Source: Bacillota bacterium (GTDB lineage Bacteria > Bacillota > Clostridia > Christensenellales > Borkfalkiaceae). From it: a stretch of 45,548 nt of DNA. Shown here piece after piece: positions 42,631 through 45,548 of the stretch. The stretch is taken from the NCBI GenBank assembly GCA_021768985.1, contig JAETTR010000001.1, positions 1-45,548 of the forward strand, in the 5' to 3' direction. The notes under the pieces are model-generated. The model was not told the DNA's origin, searched no databases, and saw nothing but the letters and a program-made list of their open reading frames with translations. A program made the position numbers and the translations under genes. The stretch's first letter is position 1, and each line of letters begins with the position of its first letter.

Positions 42631-42639
42631 AAAAACGAA

Positions 42640-44820
42640 TTACTTCTTCTCTTTGACTCTGTCCTTGCGCATGGTTAAGGAGATGCGCTTTTTCTTCTCG
42701 TCCGCTTCGATCACCCATACGGTAACCACGTCGCCGACCGCGAGCACTTCGGACGGGTGACGGATAAAGTGATCGCAGATCTGCGAAATGTGCACGAGTC
42801 CGTCCTGATGCACGCCGATATCCACGAACGCGCCGAAGTCGATCACGTTTCGCACGGTGCCTTTGAGCTCCATGCCGGGCATCAAATCCTTGATATCCAG
42901 CACGTCGGTGCGGAGCACGGGCGGGGGAAGCTCGTCGCGGGGATCGCGCCCCGGCTTTTTCAGCTCGTCGGTAATGTCGAACAGGGTGGGCAATCCCACT
43001 TCGCACTCCTTCGCCGCCTTTTCCTCGCCGTACTTGTTCAGCCGTTCCATTAAGTTATAAAGTCTGCCCGCGCGCACGTCCTCCATCGTATACCCGCACA
43101 GCCCGATCAGCTTTTCCGCCGCCGCGTAGGACTCGGGGTGCACGGAGGTATTGTCGAGTACCTGCTTGCTCTCGGGCACGCGCAGGAATCCCGCGCACTG
43201 CTCGTATGCCTTCGCGCCGAGCTTGGGCACCTTCAGAATCTGTTGGCGGGAAGTGAACAGCCCGTTCTCCTCGCGGTACTTGACCACGTTCGCCGCAACG
43301 CCCGCGTTCAGCCCCGAAACCCTTGCGAGCAGGGGCGCGGAAGCCGTGTTCAGATCGACGCCGACGGCGTTCACGCAGTCCTCCACGACGCCGTCCAGCG
43401 TTTCGGAGAGCCGTTTTTCGGGCATGTCGTGCTGATACTGCCCGACGCCGATCGATTTGGGATCGATTTTCACGAGCTCGGCAAGCGGGTCCTGCAAACG
43501 GCGGGCAATGGAAACCGCCGAACGCAAATTGACGTCGTACTCGGGGAATTCCTTCGCCGCAAGCGGAGAAGCCGAATACACCGAAGCGCCTGCTTCGTTC
43601 ACGATCATGTACGAAACGCCCGCGCCCGCGCCGAGCCCCGCGATGAGCTCCACCGTCATCTGCTCGGTTTCGCGGCTCGCCGTGCCGTTCCCGATCGCGA
43701 TATGCTTTACCTTATGTTTTTTAATCATAGCCGAGAGCTTTTCGATGCACTCCCGCTTCTGCCGTTCGCCGTACGTGGGATAAACGACCGCCGTATCGAG
43801 CACCTTGCCCGTGCCGTCCACCACCGCAACCTTGCAGCCCATTCTGTAACCGGGATCGAGCCCCATGGTGACGAACCCCTTTACGGGGGGTTGCATCAGA
43901 AGGGGGCGCAGATTGAGCGCAAACTGCCCGATCGCGCCCTCGCACGCCGTTTCGGTGAGCGCCGCGCGAATCTCCCGCTCGATCGACGGCTGAATCAGAC
44001 GGTCGTAAGCGTCCTCCGCCGCCGCCCGCACGAACGCCGTGGAAGCGCAGGGCTTTTTCAGCACCCGCACGGCGACGAATTCCACCGCGACGTCGCGGTT
44101 CATATCGATGTTTACCTTTAATACTTCTTCCCGTTCACCGCGGTTCATGGCGAGCACCTGATGCCCCTGCACCTTCTTCACGGGCGAGGAAAACGCATAA
44201 TAGTTGCGGTAAACGGTATCCTCGGGATCCTTTTTCGCCGCGACGGAGAGAATGTCCGCCCGATCGGTATACAGCTCGCGAAGGGCTTTGCGGATCTCCG
44301 CGTCGTCCGAAATCGTCTCGGCGATGATATCGCTCGCGCCCGCCAGCGCCTCTTCTACCGTCGTCACACCCTTCTCTTCGTCGAGATACTTTTTCGCTTC
44401 CTCCTCCGGCACGGGGCAATCGGGTTCCTGCGCGAACAAGAGCTCGGCAAGAGGCGCGAGCCCCTTCTCCCGCGCGACGGTCGCGCGCGTGCGCCGTTTC
44501 TGTTTATAGGGGCGATATAAATCCTCCACCTCGGCAAGCGTTTCCGCGCCGTCGATCGCCGCCGCAAGCTCTTCGGTGAGCTTGCCCTGATTGTCGATCG
44601 CATTCTTGACTTCCTGTCTGCGCGCGTCGAGGTTGCGGAGATAGGCAAGACGGTCGGCAAGGGTGCGGATGGTCTGATCGTCCATCGTGCCGTGCATTTC
44701 CTTCCGATAGCGGGCGATAAAGGGAACGGTATTTCCTTCGTCGAGCAGGGTCACCACGTTCTGCACGTGCTCTTCCTTTTTGTCGAGCTCCTTTGCCAGA
44801 ATTTGTACGATTGTTTGCAT
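42640..44820 (-). CDS. tex: Tex-like transcription accessory protein (YqgF/HHH/S1 domains)
   Basis: 726 aa. N-terminus LLDEGNTVPFIARYRKE. C-terminal S1 domain GMELKGTVRNVIDFGAFVDIGVHQDGLVHISQ. AAGGAGAG lies before the ATG. Confidence 0.9.
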   Translation of the reverse strand: MQTIVQILAKELDKKEEHVQNVVTLLDEGNTVPFIARYRKEMHGTMDDQTIRTLADRLAYLRNLDARRQEVKNAIDNQGKLTEELAAAIDGAETLAEVEDLYRPYKQKRRTRATVAREKGLAPLAELLFAQEPDCPVPEEEAKKYLDEEKGVTTVEEALAGASDIIAETISDDAEIRKALRELYTDRADILSVAAKKDPEDTVYRNYYAFSSPVKKVQGHQVLAMNRGEREEVLKVNIDMNRDVAVEFVAVRVLKKPCASTAFVRAAAEDAYDRLIQPSIEREIRAALTETACEGAIGQFALNLRPLLMQPPVKGFVTMGLDPGYRMGCKVAVVDGTGKVLDTAVVYPTYGERQKRECIEKLSAMIKKHKVKHIAIGNGTASRETEQMTVELIAGLGAGAGVSYMIVNEAGASVYSASPLAAKEFPEYDVNLRSAVSIARRLQDPLAELVKIDPKSIGVGQYQHDMPEKRLSETLDGVVEDCVNAVGVDLNTASAPLLARVSGLNAGVAANVVKYREENGLFTSRQQILKVPKLGAKAYEQCAGFLRVPESKQVLDNTSVHPESYAAAEKLIGLCGYTMEDVRAGRLYNLMERLNKYGEEKAAKECEVGLPTLFDITDELKKPGRDPRDELPPPVLRTDVLDIKDLMPGMELKGTVRNVIDFGAFVDIGVHQDGLVHISQICDHFIRHPSEVLAVGDVVTVWVIEADEKKKRISLTMRKDRVKEKK

Positions 44821-44843
44821 ATTCTCTCCTTAACTATATTCAC

Positions 44844-44893
44844 AAATTTCTTTCCGTCAGAATTCCCTACGGGGTAAAGGGGCAAAGAAATTT
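44844..44893 (-). other. long stem-loop immediately upstream of the tex Shine-Dalgarno
   Basis: Arms AAATTTCTTT(G)CC and GGAAAGAAATTT (44881..44893 pairing with 44844..44855) enclose an inner CCC-CGTA-GGG hairpin. No U-tract follows. Confidence 0.6.
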
Positions 44894-45031
44894 CGTGAGT
44901 GAAATTACTTTTTTACTTTGTCATACTCATTCTCATTCTGCGTAAATCGACGTTAAGCCGCAAGCATGCGGCAAATGCCGACCCGCAGCGGAGGGCAACC
45001 CTCCTCGCGGCACATAATGAAAACGGAGATA

Positions 45032-45060
45032 TCATATCACATTTTTTACGGTTTGGCAAG
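45032..45060 (-). promoter_or_regulatory. sigma-A type promoter about 205 nt upstream of the tex start codon
   Basis: Minus strand reads TTGCCA (45060..45055), a 17-nt spacer ending in TGTGA, then TATGAT (45037..45032). Confidence 0.5.
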
Positions 45061-45084
45061 TTTTCGGCGGAACATTTTCGCACG

Positions 45085-45108
45085 AAAAAACCGCCCCGAA
45101 GGGCGGCA
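45085..45108 (-). terminator. rho-independent terminator after the hemolysin-III family gene
   Basis: Minus strand reads GCCGCCC-TTCG-GGGCGG followed by TTTTTTCG. Confidence 0.7.
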
Positions 45109-45125
45109 AAATTGAAAGTAAAAAA

Positions 45126-45548
45126 TCAGACAATCAGAAGCAGAATGCTTGCAAACTGCAACGCGGTACCCCCGAGATCGAACAGGTGCCATATCGAATG
45201 AAAATAGCGCACCCTTTTTCCGAACGCGTAAAACACGATTCCCGCCGTATAGACGATCCCGCCCGCCAGAAGCAACCACAGAGAAAGGGGCGAAATCAGC
45301 CCCCACAGCTTGCCGAACCCGAGCACCGCCAGCCAGCCCATGATAAAATAGAGCGCCATGGAAATTCCCTTGATCACTTTGTTGTTCATGGCGATCGCGT
45401 TCATCGTGATCCCCGCCACGGCGCACGCCCATTCCACGATCAGCGTCACGAGCCCGAGCGTCGTGCCGCCCAACGCGATCATGCAATACGGCGTATAAGT
45501 GCCCGCGATCAGCAGAAAGATCGTGCAGTGATCGAAGATGCGGAACAC
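45126..45548 (-). CDS. hemolysin III / PAQR-family channel protein, C-terminal 140 codons (5-prime end beyond the right edge)
   Basis: FRIFDHCTIFLLIAGTYTPY...YFHSIWHLFDLGGTALQF are the characteristic PAQR His motifs. Confidence 0.8.
   Translation of the reverse strand: MFRIFDHCTIFLLIAGTYTPYCMIALGGTTLGLVTLIVEWACAVAGITMNAIAMNNKVIKGISMALYFIMGWLAVLGFGKLWGLISPLSLWLLLAGGIVYTAGIVFYAFGKRVRYFHSIWHLFDLGGTALQFASILLLIV

Noticed and set aside
44954-45016. 20-aa Cys-rich micro-ORF MCREEGCPPLRVGICRMLAA in the tex leader
   Set aside because: It has no Shine-Dalgarno. The sequence is better explained as the G+C-rich nested RNA helices.

Overview
This 45.5-kb window is G+C-rich by eye. It looks like ordinary chromosome of a spore-forming Firmicute of the Clostridia type. 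Supporting signs are spoIIR, a sleB-ypeB pair behind a sigma-G-like promoter, a Cheo-type SOS box on dinB, GGAGG Shine-Dalgarno sites, and many near-perfect TTGACA-17-TATAAT promoters.

I call 41 protein-coding genes, 36 of them on the minus strand, often joined by 4-nt ATGA/TTGA stop-start overlaps. I also call one tRNA-Arg(CCG), one frameshifted LysR regulator, and two cis-regulatory RNAs that look like yybP-ykoY Mn2+ riboswitches.

Gene content by theme:
- Redox and detoxification cluster: CMD-cupin fusion, flavoprotein, Fe-alcohol dehydrogenase and rubrerythrin.
- Same-strand run of transporters: ClC, two half-ABC exporters, CaCA antiporter, MntP and MATE.
- Spore genes: spoIIR, sleB and ypeB.
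- Housekeeping: trmL, cls, mnmA, dinB, cysK, ansA, tex and an EF-G paralog.
- A 1189-aa M60-like metallopeptidase lipoprotein.

I saw no CRISPR array, transposase, integrase, phage genes or rRNA. I cannot defend any complete new multi-gene system here.

The items most worth follow-up:
- The tandem Mn-riboswitch-like leaders, one of them on a CaCA antiporter.
- An orphan consensus promoter with no ORF next to a perfect 16+16 palindrome, which is a candidate sRNA.
- A roughly 230-aa Lys/Glu-rich extension on YpeB.
- A roughly 200-nt structured leader on tex.
- Two micro-ORFs translationally coupled to rubrerythrin.
- An EF-G paralog and a Sir2 homolog that both appear to lack canonical catalytic residues.

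All family calls come from motif recognition by eye. No searches were run.
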